Program-made: the position numbers and the translations under genes
Shown: positions 9,634 through 18,635 of the stretch, in pieces
Layout: every line of letters begins with the position of its first letter
Position numbering within the stretch: the stretch's first letter is position 1
Notes under the pieces: model-generated
What the model saw: only the letters and a program-made list of their open reading frames with translations
Databases searched by the model: none
Told to the model about the DNA's origin: nothing
Source of the DNA: Rhodanobacter sp.
Lineage (GTDB): Bacteria; Pseudomonadota; Gammaproteobacteria; Xanthomonadales; Rhodanobacteraceae
Reading direction: 5' to 3'
NCBI GenBank assembly: GCA_040004895.1
Contig: JBDTZX010000330.1
Span: forward strand, 1-63,245
Length of the DNA: 63,245 bases

Positions 9634-10494
9634 TCAGCCCAGCCGCACCCAATCCATGGCTTCAAGCACATAAGGAGCGAACAGGTAATCGCGGATCGTC
9701 GTGATCCGGTCGTTCCTCCAATCCAGCAGCACGAAGTGCGTGGGTTCTTCCATCGGACTACCGCTGTCGAAGACCAGCATGGCTGGGCGCCCTTCGACAG
9801 CGCCGAAGGCGAACCGCCATTTCGTCTCTTCGGCATAGCGCGTGAAATAAACGCCGACCTTGTCGCGTCCCTCCAGCTTGATCCGGTTCACCAGCTCAAG
9901 CTTCACGTCGTCGGCGAGCATGACGCGGATCGCATCGAAATCGCCGCTCTGGAATAGATCGACATAGGCGGCAATTTTCTGTCGGGCCGCATCGGACATC
10001 AGCGGCAGCCGGGTGTCTTCGGGTAGCTGCGCGAGTTGCCGCAGCGCCGTGCGTCCGCGCTGAAGCGCTGATTTGGCGGCGGCCGGCGTAGACCCGGTGA
10101 TGCTCGCAATCTCCTCGACCGAATGGCCCAGCACATCCTTGAGGATCACCGCACAGCGCTGAAGCTCAGGCAGCTGCAGAAACGTGTGGAAGCTGACAGC
10201 GACAATATCCACGTCGGATTCTGGCGCCGCCATCTCGATGACGTCGGTGAACGGAACGACCGTATTCCGGGACCTGCGACGCAGGAAGTCGAGGCACGCA
10301 TGGTGGGCGATGCGAATCAGCCAGCCTTCGAGATTATCCACCTCGGCACCCTCCGCGCGTGCGCGCAGGGCCTTGACTAACGAGTCCTGCAATACGTCCT
10401 CGCCATCAACCGCCGAGCCCGTCATGCGCGCACAGTAGCGATGAAGGCGCGGCCGCAACGTTTTCAGACGATCCTCGAATTCGTTCGTGTTCAT
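9634..10494 (-). CDS. ECF sigma-70 factor with C-terminal SnoaL-like extension
   Basis: Region 2 (LHRYCARMTGSAVDGEDVLQD, WLIRIAHH), region 4 (LPELQRCAVILKDVLG..EEIA) and a SnoaL-like tail (FQSGDFDAIRVMLADDV). Confidence 0.9.
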   Translation of the reverse strand: MNTNEFEDRLKTLRPRLHRYCARMTGSAVDGEDVLQDSLVKALRARAEGAEVDNLEGWLIRIAHHACLDFLRRRSRNTVVPFTDVIEMAAPESDVDIVAVSFHTFLQLPELQRCAVILKDVLGHSVEEIASITGSTPAAAKSALQRGRTALRQLAQLPEDTRLPLMSDAARQKIAAYVDLFQSGDFDAIRVMLADDVKLELVNRIKLEGRDKVGVYFTRYAEETKWRFAFGAVEGRPAMLVFDSGSPMEEPTHFVLLDWRNDRITTIRDYLFAPYVLEAMDWVRLG

Positions 10495-10504
10495 GGTTCG
10501 AGAC

Positions 10505-11392
10505 CTACGGCGCTTCCGCGCTCTTTTCCGTCAATGATTGGACAGAAATGTCGATGAGAATCCTGGATAGGGCGGCCGGTTGTGACAAAAATGGCGAGTG
10601 GCTGCTTTCCAATGTGTGGGTCGTTGTCTTGCCGCCGATGGCACCATCAACCGTCGCAATCATGTGATCCTGGCAGGTCAATGGAATCGCGTAATCCTGT
10701 GTGCAGCGGATGTAGTGGCGCGGCACCGTGCCAAATCTTCCCGGCGTAATTCCCGAGGGGGTGACGGCACCGGCGATCGGTTCGTCACAATGAAGTTGCG
10801 CCGCCGCATGCGCAAACTCCGAGTCCGACGCGTCGCCATAAAACGTCGCTTTGAGCTGCGATGTGTAGGCGTCGTCGGCCGATCCAATATGGATCCTTGT
10901 CGCGCCGATGGCGGCGGGGTCGCCCACGAACAGCCCGGACCCCAGAGCCGAAGACATGGTTTCATGCCGGAGCATCGCCAGCAACGGCATGCCATTGGGC
11001 AGCATGAACCCAGAAAGGTATACGACCGCGAGAAGCAGCTCCGGAACCTGCTCGGCAACCGCCGAAATCGTTAACCCGCCAGCCGAGTGTCCGACCAGAA
11101 TGATTTTGCCGTCGCCGAGCGCTGCGGCTTCCTTCACCAATGCGACTACCGCTTGTGTCCGATCCTCCTGCGTAACGCCGGCCATGGGTGACCGCTCAGC
11201 GGCGAACGTCGCGGGGTCAAACGGGCGAAGACCGAGCGACGTTGGCGCTATCGCATGTGCCCCCGCGCCGGGAAGGTCGAGCGTCAAAGCTGCGAAGCCT
11301 TGAGCTTCAAGTATTGGGGTGACCTTGTCCCACACCGAATGGTTGTGAAAACCGCCGTGGACCAGGACAAAAGCTGTTTTGGATATCGACAT
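10505..11392 (-). CDS. Alpha/beta hydrolase (methylesterase/SABP2-like)
   Basis: FVLVHGG, GHSAGG, D in CTQDYAI and H in SSHSPF. Confidence 0.85.
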   Translation of the reverse strand: MSISKTAFVLVHGGFHNHSVWDKVTPILEAQGFAALTLDLPGAGAHAIAPTSLGLRPFDPATFAAERSPMAGVTQEDRTQAVVALVKEAAALGDGKIILVGHSAGGLTISAVAEQVPELLLAVVYLSGFMLPNGMPLLAMLRHETMSSALGSGLFVGDPAAIGATRIHIGSADDAYTSQLKATFYGDASDSEFAHAAAQLHCDEPIAGAVTPSGITPGRFGTVPRHYIRCTQDYAIPLTCQDHMIATVDGAIGGKTTTHTLESSHSPFLSQPAALSRILIDISVQSLTEKSAEAP

Positions 11393-11457
11393 CGCGGATC
11401 CTTTTTGTTTGATTTTACGGTCTTCGTGACCTGTACAGGCGGCCACAGTGGATAGCT

Positions 11458-11772
11458 TCAAACTTCCCTGCTGTCGAAAAGAAACATTTGAACGCCCGAG
11501 TCATCAGGTGCATAGAGTTGGCGATCCGCCGCAGCCGCTTGTCCCTCCGGGCTGGCGAACGCCTTCTTGATCGCGTCGAGATCGTCAAAATGCAGCGTCC
11601 CGATCAGGTACACATCGGGCGAACCGGCTACTACGGTGACGGGCCCGTGACTGATCTCGTATCTCCTGAGGCCCGGAATCTTCCTGGCCAAAGGCAGATG
11701 CGTCTCGAAATAGTGTTTTTCGAACGCTTTCACGTCAGCCGGCTTCTTGTAGACAACGACCATTCGAGCCAT
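11458..11772 (-). CDS. EthD family reductase
   Basis: FEKHYFETHLPLARKIPGL and FASPEGQAAAAD motifs; GGAG RBS. Confidence 0.85.
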   Translation of the reverse strand: MARMVVVYKKPADVKAFEKHYFETHLPLARKIPGLRRYEISHGPVTVVAGSPDVYLIGTLHFDDLDAIKKAFASPEGQAAAADRQLYAPDDSGVQMFLFDSREV

Positions 11773-11826
11773 TGCGGTTCTCCTTTTCTGATTTTTCGTG
11801 ACCAAGGCTTGCTTCCGCGTTGGCCC

Positions 11827-12132
11827 TCAGCGGCTCTTGCTCAACATCGCCGTGCCCAGGATCGAGTCGACGCTCGCCAGCGCGAGGATCTTCGAGAAAC
11901 AGGCTTGCATGCGCGGGTCGCTGCGCATCGCCTCGATGGCGGCGGGCGTCTCCCATTCGGAGTAGATGGCTACGCTGGCGCCGTCGCTTGCGGCGATCAG
12001 CCGGCTTGTTGTCCAGCCGCCAAGCGTGCTGACGACGGTGTCGATATTCTGTTTCAGGAGCGCGATGAGCGCCTCCTGCTTCGCCGGTTCGACCGTCAGC
12101 AGATTGATCAGGGTGACGAATTCGCCGGACAT
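11827..12132 (-). CDS. Antibiotic-biosynthesis monooxygenase (ABM)-like protein
   Basis: TLINLLTVEPAKQEAL...YSEWET, about 101 aa, dimeric alpha/beta barrel pattern. Confidence 0.75.
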   Translation of the reverse strand: MSGEFVTLINLLTVEPAKQEALIALLKQNIDTVVSTLGGWTTSRLIAASDGASVAIYSEWETPAAIEAMRSDPRMQACFSKILALASVDSILGTAMLSKSR

Positions 12133-12165
12133 GGTTGTATCCCCTTCTGTTGTGGATACATCAAG

Positions 12166-12193
12166 GACGAAACGGAGGGTGGAAACGGATCGC
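12166..12193 (-). promoter_or_regulatory. Candidate ECF promoter (GCGATCC-N16-TCGTC) for the ABM-EthD-hydrolase-sigma operon
   Basis: ECF-type CGTC -10 element about 35 bp upstream of the first gene of an operon that ends in an ECF sigma factor. Confidence 0.5.
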
Positions 12194-12272
12194 AAAAGCA
12201 GAATCAGATTGCACGTTCCGCTGTCATGCTACGAGTCGTTCCCATTGACGCTCATGTTTGAACCCAGAAAGC

Positions 12273-13028
12273 TCAGAGCGGGTGCTGCCGGTAAAATTGC
12301 TCGAGTTGCCGATAGACGTCGGGCAAGTGCTGGCGCAAGACGGCCGGCGCCTCGAAAAATTGCTCACTGGCAACGGCAAAGAACTCGGCCGGACTTTCCA
12401 GCGCATACGGGTCGATCGGCAACTCGGCGCCGTTGCGTTGTTCTTCCTTCAGGCGGTCCCACGCGCTGGAGAAGACCTTCGACCACGCGCGACGATCCAT
12501 GCGCCGGTGCAAGGGCGGAAAACCGTTGGCGTCGCCGTTGAGCATGTCGAGCTTGTGCGCCATTTCGTGGATGACCACGTTGCGTCCTGGCTTCTGCCCC
12601 ATATCCAGCACATCCGCCCACGACACGATCACCGGCCCGCGCCCCCATGCCTCCCCGGCCAACACGTTGTTGGATTGGTGAACCACACCCGCTGCATCGG
12701 TTTGTTGGCGACGCGGAATGAACGCGGCCGGATACACGATGACGCTGTACCAACCGTCGTACCAGTCAAGGCCCAGTTTCAGGATCGGTACGCAGGCGTG
12801 GGTCGCAAGCAGGACGCGGTCGGCGTCGTCAAGCTGCAACGCCGTGACCGGCTCCAGCGACTTGCGATCCAGGAACAGGGTTGCCAGCACGCGCAGCGTG
12901 GCCTGATCGGACGCGCCGAGCCGACGCGCTGGGGCACAGCGTTGCAGCGCGTCCTGCCAGAGCTTTTCGGGGATCGGGTGCCGAGCGACGATGCGTCGGA
13001 CTCGCCAGTTTCTGATTTTGTCGAACAT
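12273..13028 (-). CDS. mtfA: Zinc-dependent M90 peptidase, MtfA-like
   Basis: GEAWGRGPVIVSW, NVVIHEMAHKLDM (HExxH) and DPYALESPAEFFAVASEQFF. Confidence 0.85.
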   Translation of the reverse strand: MFDKIRNWRVRRIVARHPIPEKLWQDALQRCAPARRLGASDQATLRVLATLFLDRKSLEPVTALQLDDADRVLLATHACVPILKLGLDWYDGWYSVIVYPAAFIPRRQQTDAAGVVHQSNNVLAGEAWGRGPVIVSWADVLDMGQKPGRNVVIHEMAHKLDMLNGDANGFPPLHRRMDRRAWSKVFSSAWDRLKEEQRNGAELPIDPYALESPAEFFAVASEQFFEAPAVLRQHLPDVYRQLEQFYRQHPL

Positions 13029-13191
13029 GGCCACTTTCTTGAGGGTCGTATCGGTCAAGAGGATCAGGGTCCCGGTGTGCTTTCTCAAGCGTGAGATCCC
13101 CGGACCATCTCGACGGGATGCTTTGGGCACCAGCCCTGCTAGAGGCATCAGATGCTGTTCCGCGGGTGAAACAGACTCGGACCCCTGCAAG

Positions 13192-13208
13192 TTGGCACCA
13201 GTCGTGCT
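13192..13208 (+). promoter_or_regulatory. Possible sigma-54 (-24/-12) promoter
   Basis: TTGGCACCAGTCGTGCT has GG-N10-GC spacing but GTGC instead of TTGC. It lies about 380 bp upstream of the FecR-domain gene. Confidence 0.3.
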
Positions 13209-13588
13209 TCCTCTTACGCATGAAGATGTTTCTTGCATCCGCCTGGCGCCAGCGGCCACGGTCGCGGTTGGTTGGCCGACGTGACTGGAGCACGGAAACG
13301 CCATGTAACAGTGGTACCCATGGTCGGCGTTCCACGTATCCGACGTGCGGCCATCAGGCGTTGTGTGACGACGTAGAACGGCAGTACTGACGCAGATGGG
13401 ACAGATTGAGTGTGAAGGCGGTCGCGGGAGGCGCAGGGTAGGTGAGGCGATTTCACACGGATTGAAGGCCGGCAGGCATGCAGCGGCAAAGAGATTCGAT
13501 GCACCCGTACGCGGAAAGGGATGGCGGTGGCGTCTCCATCGACGTGCCGAGGCTTGACCAACGTGGTCCGCCCCGACAGGAGGATCGA

Positions 13589-14047
13589 ATGAAACGAATT
13601 CTGTGTCTGCTGGCCTTCACCTGGCTCGCTTGTCTCGCGATGCCTGTGCTTGCCGGCCAAGATCATGTCGCCGTCGATCATGCCGCGCTCGTCAAAAGCG
13701 TGAACGGCGACGTCAAGGTCACCCGCCAGCACGATACATTTGTGGCGACCAGCGGCACCACGCTGCAGGTTTCCGATCGCGTGGTCACGGCGCCCGGAGC
13801 ATCGGCCGCCATCGTGTTCCGGGATGGGACGCTGCTGACCCTGGGATCGGGAGCGGACATCCTGGTGCGCGACTACGTGTTCGAACCGAAAGACAACAAG
13901 TTCGCTTTCTCGCTCTACCTGGCCAAGGGATCGGCGATCTACGAGTCCGGCAAGATCGGCAAGTTGTCCCCGCAATCGGTGAAAGTCGAGACACCGAAGG
14001 CAACGGTGGGCGTGCGCGGCACCCGTTTTCTGATCGAAGTGAACTGA
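13589..14047 (+). CDS. Small secreted FecR-domain protein
   Basis: AGGAGG RBS, signal peptide, and FecR-domain motifs DRVVT...FRDGTLLTLG and VETPKATVGVRGTRF. Confidence 0.85.
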   Translation: MKRILCLLAFTWLACLAMPVLAGQDHVAVDHAALVKSVNGDVKVTRQHDTFVATSGTTLQVSDRVVTAPGASAAIVFRDGTLLTLGSGADILVRDYVFEPKDNKFAFSLYLAKGSAIYESGKIGKLSPQSVKVETPKATVGVRGTRFLIEVN

Positions 14048-14054
14048 GCCGACC

Positions 14055-14666
14055 ATGGCGATTCCACGCATCAGCGCCCGGCTTTTCACGTTTGTCCTGC
14101 TGGCCATCGCAGGGTTGCTCTCCGGTTGCGTCGCCGGGACCCGCGTCACGTTGCTTCCTGACCAAAGCGGTCACGTCGGCGCAGTCACGGTGTCCGATGC
14201 GCAAGGACAGCAACGTATCGACCAGGCTTACAACACCGTCGTGGTCGACCCATCTTCGGCGCCCGGCAAACCGCGTATGAATGATCGCCTGGCCTTCGAA
14301 AAGGAACATCGCGCGCTGCTCGATGCGCAGCCGACTCCGCCTCGGAGCTTCGTGCTGAACTTTCTGTTTGACAGCATGCAGCTGACGCAGGAGTCCAGGA
14401 AGACGCTGCCCGAGGTTTTGCAGGCGGTGCGTCAGCGCAGTCCGACCGAGGTTACTGTGTTCGGCTACGCCGACTCGTCGGGGACCGCTGCCTACAACAT
14501 GGCGCTGTCGGCACAGCGCGCCCGAGCCGTGGCGCGCCTGTTGAAACAGATCGATCCGAGCCTGCCCATGGAGGTGAAGTACTTCGGCGACAAGGCGCCG
14601 TTGGTACCGACACCGCCGGGTGTTCGGGAACCGCGAAACCGGCGGGCCGAAGTCTTCGTTCTCTGA
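14055..14666 (+). CDS. OmpA-family peptidoglycan-binding lipoprotein
   Basis: Lipobox LLSGC; GYADSSG..YNMALSAQRA and NRRAE motifs. Confidence 0.9.
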   Translation: MAIPRISARLFTFVLLAIAGLLSGCVAGTRVTLLPDQSGHVGAVTVSDAQGQQRIDQAYNTVVVDPSSAPGKPRMNDRLAFEKEHRALLDAQPTPPRSFVLNFLFDSMQLTQESRKTLPEVLQAVRQRSPTEVTVFGYADSSGTAAYNMALSAQRARAVARLLKQIDPSLPMEVKYFGDKAPLVPTPPGVREPRNRRAEVFVL

Positions 14667-14678
14667 CGTCGATCGGCG

Positions 14679-16685
14679 ATGAAGCCCATCACCTCATTCG
14701 CCACGCTGTCGCGACGCGCGATCTTTTTATTTCTGCTGGCGGGATTGTCGATTGCCTTCGCTGTCGGTCTTGGTGGGCTGTTCAACGCCGCACCGGTCGC
14801 ACGCCTTGATCGGTTCGTGCTGGACACCTTGCTGGTGCGCACTGCCTCGGGCGCCCGCGCGCCCGGCACGGTGGTGGTGGATATCGATGAAGTCAGCCTG
14901 TCCGCCCTGGGTCAATGGCCGTGGCCGCGCTATCGCGTGGCGCAGCTGATCGAGCGAATCGCCGCCGCGCATCCTTCGGCCATCGCGATGGACATCGTGT
15001 TTCCCGAGGCTGATCGCGCTTCGCCGGCCGACATCCAGCAGACCTTCAAGCGCGATTTTGGCATCGATGTTTCCTTCAACGGTGTACCGACTGCTTTGCT
15101 GGACAACGACGGCTATCTTGGCCAGGAGATGGCGCGTGCCGATGTCGTCGGCGCGCGGTATTTCTATTTCGACCATGTCACCCGTAACGACCATCCAGCT
15201 CGCCCGGGGGTCGGCTTCGACGGTCGCGTGGACTTGCTGTCGCTCGACCGGGCGCCCGGTGTCCTCAACAGCGTCGATGCCATCGCCTCGCAGACCCGCA
15301 TCACCGGCTTCCTCAACAGTCGCCTTGATACCGACGGCGTGTTGCGACGGCTGCCCTTGCTGATCGAACACGATGGCGTTGTCCACGCCAGCCTCGCCCT
15401 GGCTGCCACCATGCGTTCGCTCGGCGTCGGATCGGGTCGGGTGGAATCCGGCACTGACGGATTGTCGATCCGGGTCGGATCGCACCTGATTCCCGTGGAC
15501 CGGGCCGGCTACGCACTCCTTCGGTTCAACGGGCCGTCGCAGCGCTATGCCGGTGTCCCCGCCGTGGATGTGCTGGACGGTCGCGTTCGACCCTCGGATC
15601 TGCGTGGCCGGATCGTCTTCATCGGCTCTTCGGCACTCGGCCTCCACGATGTGGACAGGACGGCGGTGGACCGGGATTTTTCGGGTTTGAAAATCCAGTC
15701 CGTGATGGCACAGAACATTCTGGACGACCATTCGGTGCGTATTCCGACGTGGGGCAGCAAGTCCGCGCTGCTGCTTGGTCTGCTCGTTGCCCTCGTTTTT
15801 TCCAGCTTGTTCGTTGCCGGTCGTGGCCTCGTGTTGCTGGCCACTTTCTGCGTGTTGTCCGGTGCCGCACTGGTGGCGATGGTTGCGGTGGTCTTTGTGC
15901 GGGCCGGACTGTTCCTTCCAATCAGTGTGCCCTTGCTGGTCATGGGTACGCTGCTGGTGCTGGCGCTGGTGGTGCGTCTTGTCATCAACCAGCGCCGTGC
16001 GCAGCGCTTGCGCAAACAGCTGGAGAACGCGCGCCAGGTGACCATCGAGTCCATGGCTGCGGTCGCCGAAACTCGCGACCCCGAAACCGGCGGCCATATC
16101 AAGCGCACCCAACATTACGTGCGCGCGATTGCCGAGCAATTGGAGCGGACCGGGCACCACACGCAGATACTGACCAGGGAATACATCGACCTGTTGTTTC
16201 TCTCTGCGCCATTGCATGACATTGGCAAGGTCGGGGTGCCGGACCACATCCTGCTCAAGCCCGGGCCGCTGACCGTCGAAGAGATGAAAGTCATGCGACA
16301 GCATGCGGAGTTCGGCCGGAAGATCATCTTCAGCACGGCGAAACAGATCGAAGGCGACAACTTTCTCCTGATCGCCGGCGAGATCGCTGCCACGCATCAC
16401 GAAAAATGGGACGGGAGCGGCTATCCAGGCGGCTTGCGTGGTCAGGACATTCCGCTGTCCGGCCGCATCATGGCGGTCGCCGACATCTACGACGCGCTGA
16501 TCAGCAAACGCTGTTACAAGGATCCGTTTCCTCACGCTCGTGCGAAGGCGCTGATGCGCGACCTGCGCGACACGACCTTCGACCCGGTGGTGCTGGATGC
16601 CTTCCTGGCGATTGAAGCGAAAGTCTTGAAAATCGCAGCCCGCTTTCGCGATGAGGACCGTGCCATCGTCGAGCCGATCGCGTAG
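14679..16685 (+). CDS. CHASE2-domain membrane sensor fused to HD-GYP c-di-GMP phosphodiesterase
   Basis: N-terminal TM; CHASE2 motifs (VVVDIDE, GQWPWPR, DGVLRR, GRIVFIG); three TMs; then RDPETGGH, LHDIGK, HHEKWDGSGYP and AVADIYDAL. Confidence 0.92.
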   Translation: MKPITSFATLSRRAIFLFLLAGLSIAFAVGLGGLFNAAPVARLDRFVLDTLLVRTASGARAPGTVVVDIDEVSLSALGQWPWPRYRVAQLIERIAAAHPSAIAMDIVFPEADRASPADIQQTFKRDFGIDVSFNGVPTALLDNDGYLGQEMARADVVGARYFYFDHVTRNDHPARPGVGFDGRVDLLSLDRAPGVLNSVDAIASQTRITGFLNSRLDTDGVLRRLPLLIEHDGVVHASLALAATMRSLGVGSGRVESGTDGLSIRVGSHLIPVDRAGYALLRFNGPSQRYAGVPAVDVLDGRVRPSDLRGRIVFIGSSALGLHDVDRTAVDRDFSGLKIQSVMAQNILDDHSVRIPTWGSKSALLLGLLVALVFSSLFVAGRGLVLLATFCVLSGAALVAMVAVVFVRAGLFLPISVPLLVMGTLLVLALVVRLVINQRRAQRLRKQLENARQVTIESMAAVAETRDPETGGHIKRTQHYVRAIAEQLERTGHHTQILTREYIDLLFLSAPLHDIGKVGVPDHILLKPGPLTVEEMKVMRQHAEFGRKIIFSTAKQIEGDNFLLIAGEIAATHHEKWDGSGYPGGLRGQDIPLSGRIMAVADIYDALISKRCYKDPFPHARAKALMRDLRDTTFDPVVLDAFLAIEAKVLKIAARFRDEDRAIVEPIA

Positions 16686-17128
16686 TCGATCCTTGGTCGA
16701 GGCCGCCCGCGTCCTGCGATCCCTGAAGAGCTGCGCCGTTCTCTGTCGCGCTCGCCAGCGGCCCGACACTTCCGAAGGCCGGACTCGTTACCCGCAAAGC
16801 CAGAGTCGGTGCGCACCATTTGTACATGTCTGTCCAAGGCTGCAAGCAAAGGCACAAGCTACCTACGCCAATTGCCTTGTCATCGGTGAGTTCTGCCATG
16901 GCCGGAGCGAAAAAAAAGAGGCGGGCTGGGCTGTCTTGGGGATCGCAAGTCCTTCGCGTCCAGGTTTGGATCGATCCCCGGTATGTCAGCTGGTCAAGAG
17001 TCAATGCGTCGGGCATCGAGCGACATCGGCAAGATACGGCAGGACGGGTTGAGGACAGGTTTCAATGTCGCTTAACTTCCCCCGCCCGGGTTTCGGTGAC
17101 AATTTCCACAACGGATTCGGAGACGTCG

Positions 17129-17650
17129 ATGGATCTCGCCACGCTCGTCAATATCGCCAGTATCGTCAGCAGCATTGCGGTGCTGATTTCGCTGATCTAT
17201 CTGGCCTTGCAGATCCGCCAGGGTGCGCTCAACCAGCGCGCGCAGATGGATCGCGGTCGCTCGCAACAGGTGGGCGAATGGCTGCAGTTCATTGCCGGCC
17301 CGGACATCGCACCGCTGATTCTTCGCGGTCACGTGTGCGATCCGAGCCTCAGTGCGAGCGAGCGGCAACGCTACCTGTGGAGCATGTACCCGCTGTTTCT
17401 GCATTTCGAGGACAGCTATTTCCAGCGCCGTGCCGGTATGCTCGGCCAGGGTCAATACGTGTCGATCCTGGGTCATCTGCGCTCGCAATGCTCGACGCCG
17501 GGCTTTCGCAGCATCTGGCGGCACATCCGGACGCGGTTTCCGGGCGACTTCGTAGAGTTCGTCGATAACGTCATGCAGGAAGTGTCGGGCTCGGGCATCG
17601 AAATTCGCGACTGGATGGCGGAGAACGATGCGAAGGATTGCCCGCCCTGA
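17129..17650 (+). CDS. Hypothetical membrane-anchored protein
   Basis: GGAG RBS; N-terminal TM (IAVLISLIYLALQIRQ) followed by a helical domain ending TPGFRSIW...FPGDFVEFVD. Confidence 0.7.
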   Translation: MDLATLVNIASIVSSIAVLISLIYLALQIRQGALNQRAQMDRGRSQQVGEWLQFIAGPDIAPLILRGHVCDPSLSASERQRYLWSMYPLFLHFEDSYFQRRAGMLGQGQYVSILGHLRSQCSTPGFRSIWRHIRTRFPGDFVEFVDNVMQEVSGSGIEIRDWMAENDAKDCPP

Positions 17651-17674
17651 TCCGACTTTTGCAGGAGCGAAATC

Positions 17675-18490
17675 GTGCAAGCTACCGATGGTCCGTTCGA
17701 TCTGGTGCTGTCCTATCCGCAGTGGCAAGGCTCCGGTCGACCGGAAAACCTGCGTCGAGGCGCGGAGGCTGCGGCCCAGGTATGCCGCAACTACGGGCCA
17801 CTCGTGCGTGTCCCGGAGGCCGGCGAAGGCGAAGCCGGCGGCGGCGTCCGGCGCTGGACGGCGATCACCGAGCAATTCCGTTCAGCCCAGGCGATCCTTG
17901 ATGCGAGGCGGCCCGGACGCATTCTGACCGCCGGTGGGGATTGCGCCTGCGATATCGCGGTGATCGATTACCTGCATCGACGATATCCGGACCTGACCGT
18001 GATCTGGGTGGACGCGCACCTCGACGCGAACACGGTGGACACGACGCCCAGCGGCAATTTCCACGGCATGCCGGTGGCCGCGATTCTGGGTTCAGCTCCG
18101 ATCGAACTGCAGGCGTTGCTCTCGAGACCACTGTCGCCGACGCAATTCCGTTATGTCTCGGCGCATGTGGGCGACGAGGGTGACTGGGCGTTCCAGCGGA
18201 CGCATGATCTGAGGTGGCTGGAACCCGGGCAATGCATTGTCGGAGAGACCGTTTCCGGGCCGATCCACATTCATTTCGATCTGGACGCGCTCGATCCTGC
18301 CGAATTTCCGCACGTTGCCTATCCCGATGGCAGGCTGTCCTTCGACGCTGGACTTGCTTTGGTGCGCAGCGCTGCTGCCACCGGTCTGGTCGGCCTGACG
18401 ATCACCGAGTTCGCGCCTGCCGACGAAGGTGCTGCAAAGGAAGGTAGTCGCTTCCTCGAACGGCTATGCGAGGCCTGTCGCACAGGCTGA
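17675..18490 (+). CDS. Arginase/ureohydrolase-family protein
   Basis: GGDC, WVDAHLD.N, SGNFHGMP and HFDLDALDP motifs. Confidence 0.85.
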   Translation: MQATDGPFDLVLSYPQWQGSGRPENLRRGAEAAAQVCRNYGPLVRVPEAGEGEAGGGVRRWTAITEQFRSAQAILDARRPGRILTAGGDCACDIAVIDYLHRRYPDLTVIWVDAHLDANTVDTTPSGNFHGMPVAAILGSAPIELQALLSRPLSPTQFRYVSAHVGDEGDWAFQRTHDLRWLEPGQCIVGETVSGPIHIHFDLDALDPAEFPHVAYPDGRLSFDAGLALVRSAAATGLVGLTITEFAPADEGAAKEGSRFLERLCEACRTG

Positions 18491-18635
18491 GAGGGGACGC
18501 AGTGAGGTTGCCCACCATCATCGAAGTCCGATGGCCGAGTGTCTGCCTGGCTGACCTGGCCAAGGTCAGCATTTGTTTCGGCCGAAAATCGCGGGACGGC
18601 CGTAGCCGCCTTCGAATTGAAACGACTGACGTGGA

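Noticed and set aside
13441-13457. GTGA...TCACA resembling a CRP/Clp site
   Set aside because: The spacer is 7 nt rather than the required 6.
16690-17100. Possible c-di-GMP riboswitch (CGCAAAGC) downstream of the HD-GYP gene
   Set aside because: The P1/P2 stems and the GAAA tetraloop context could not be built; an Infernal/Rfam scan would settle it.
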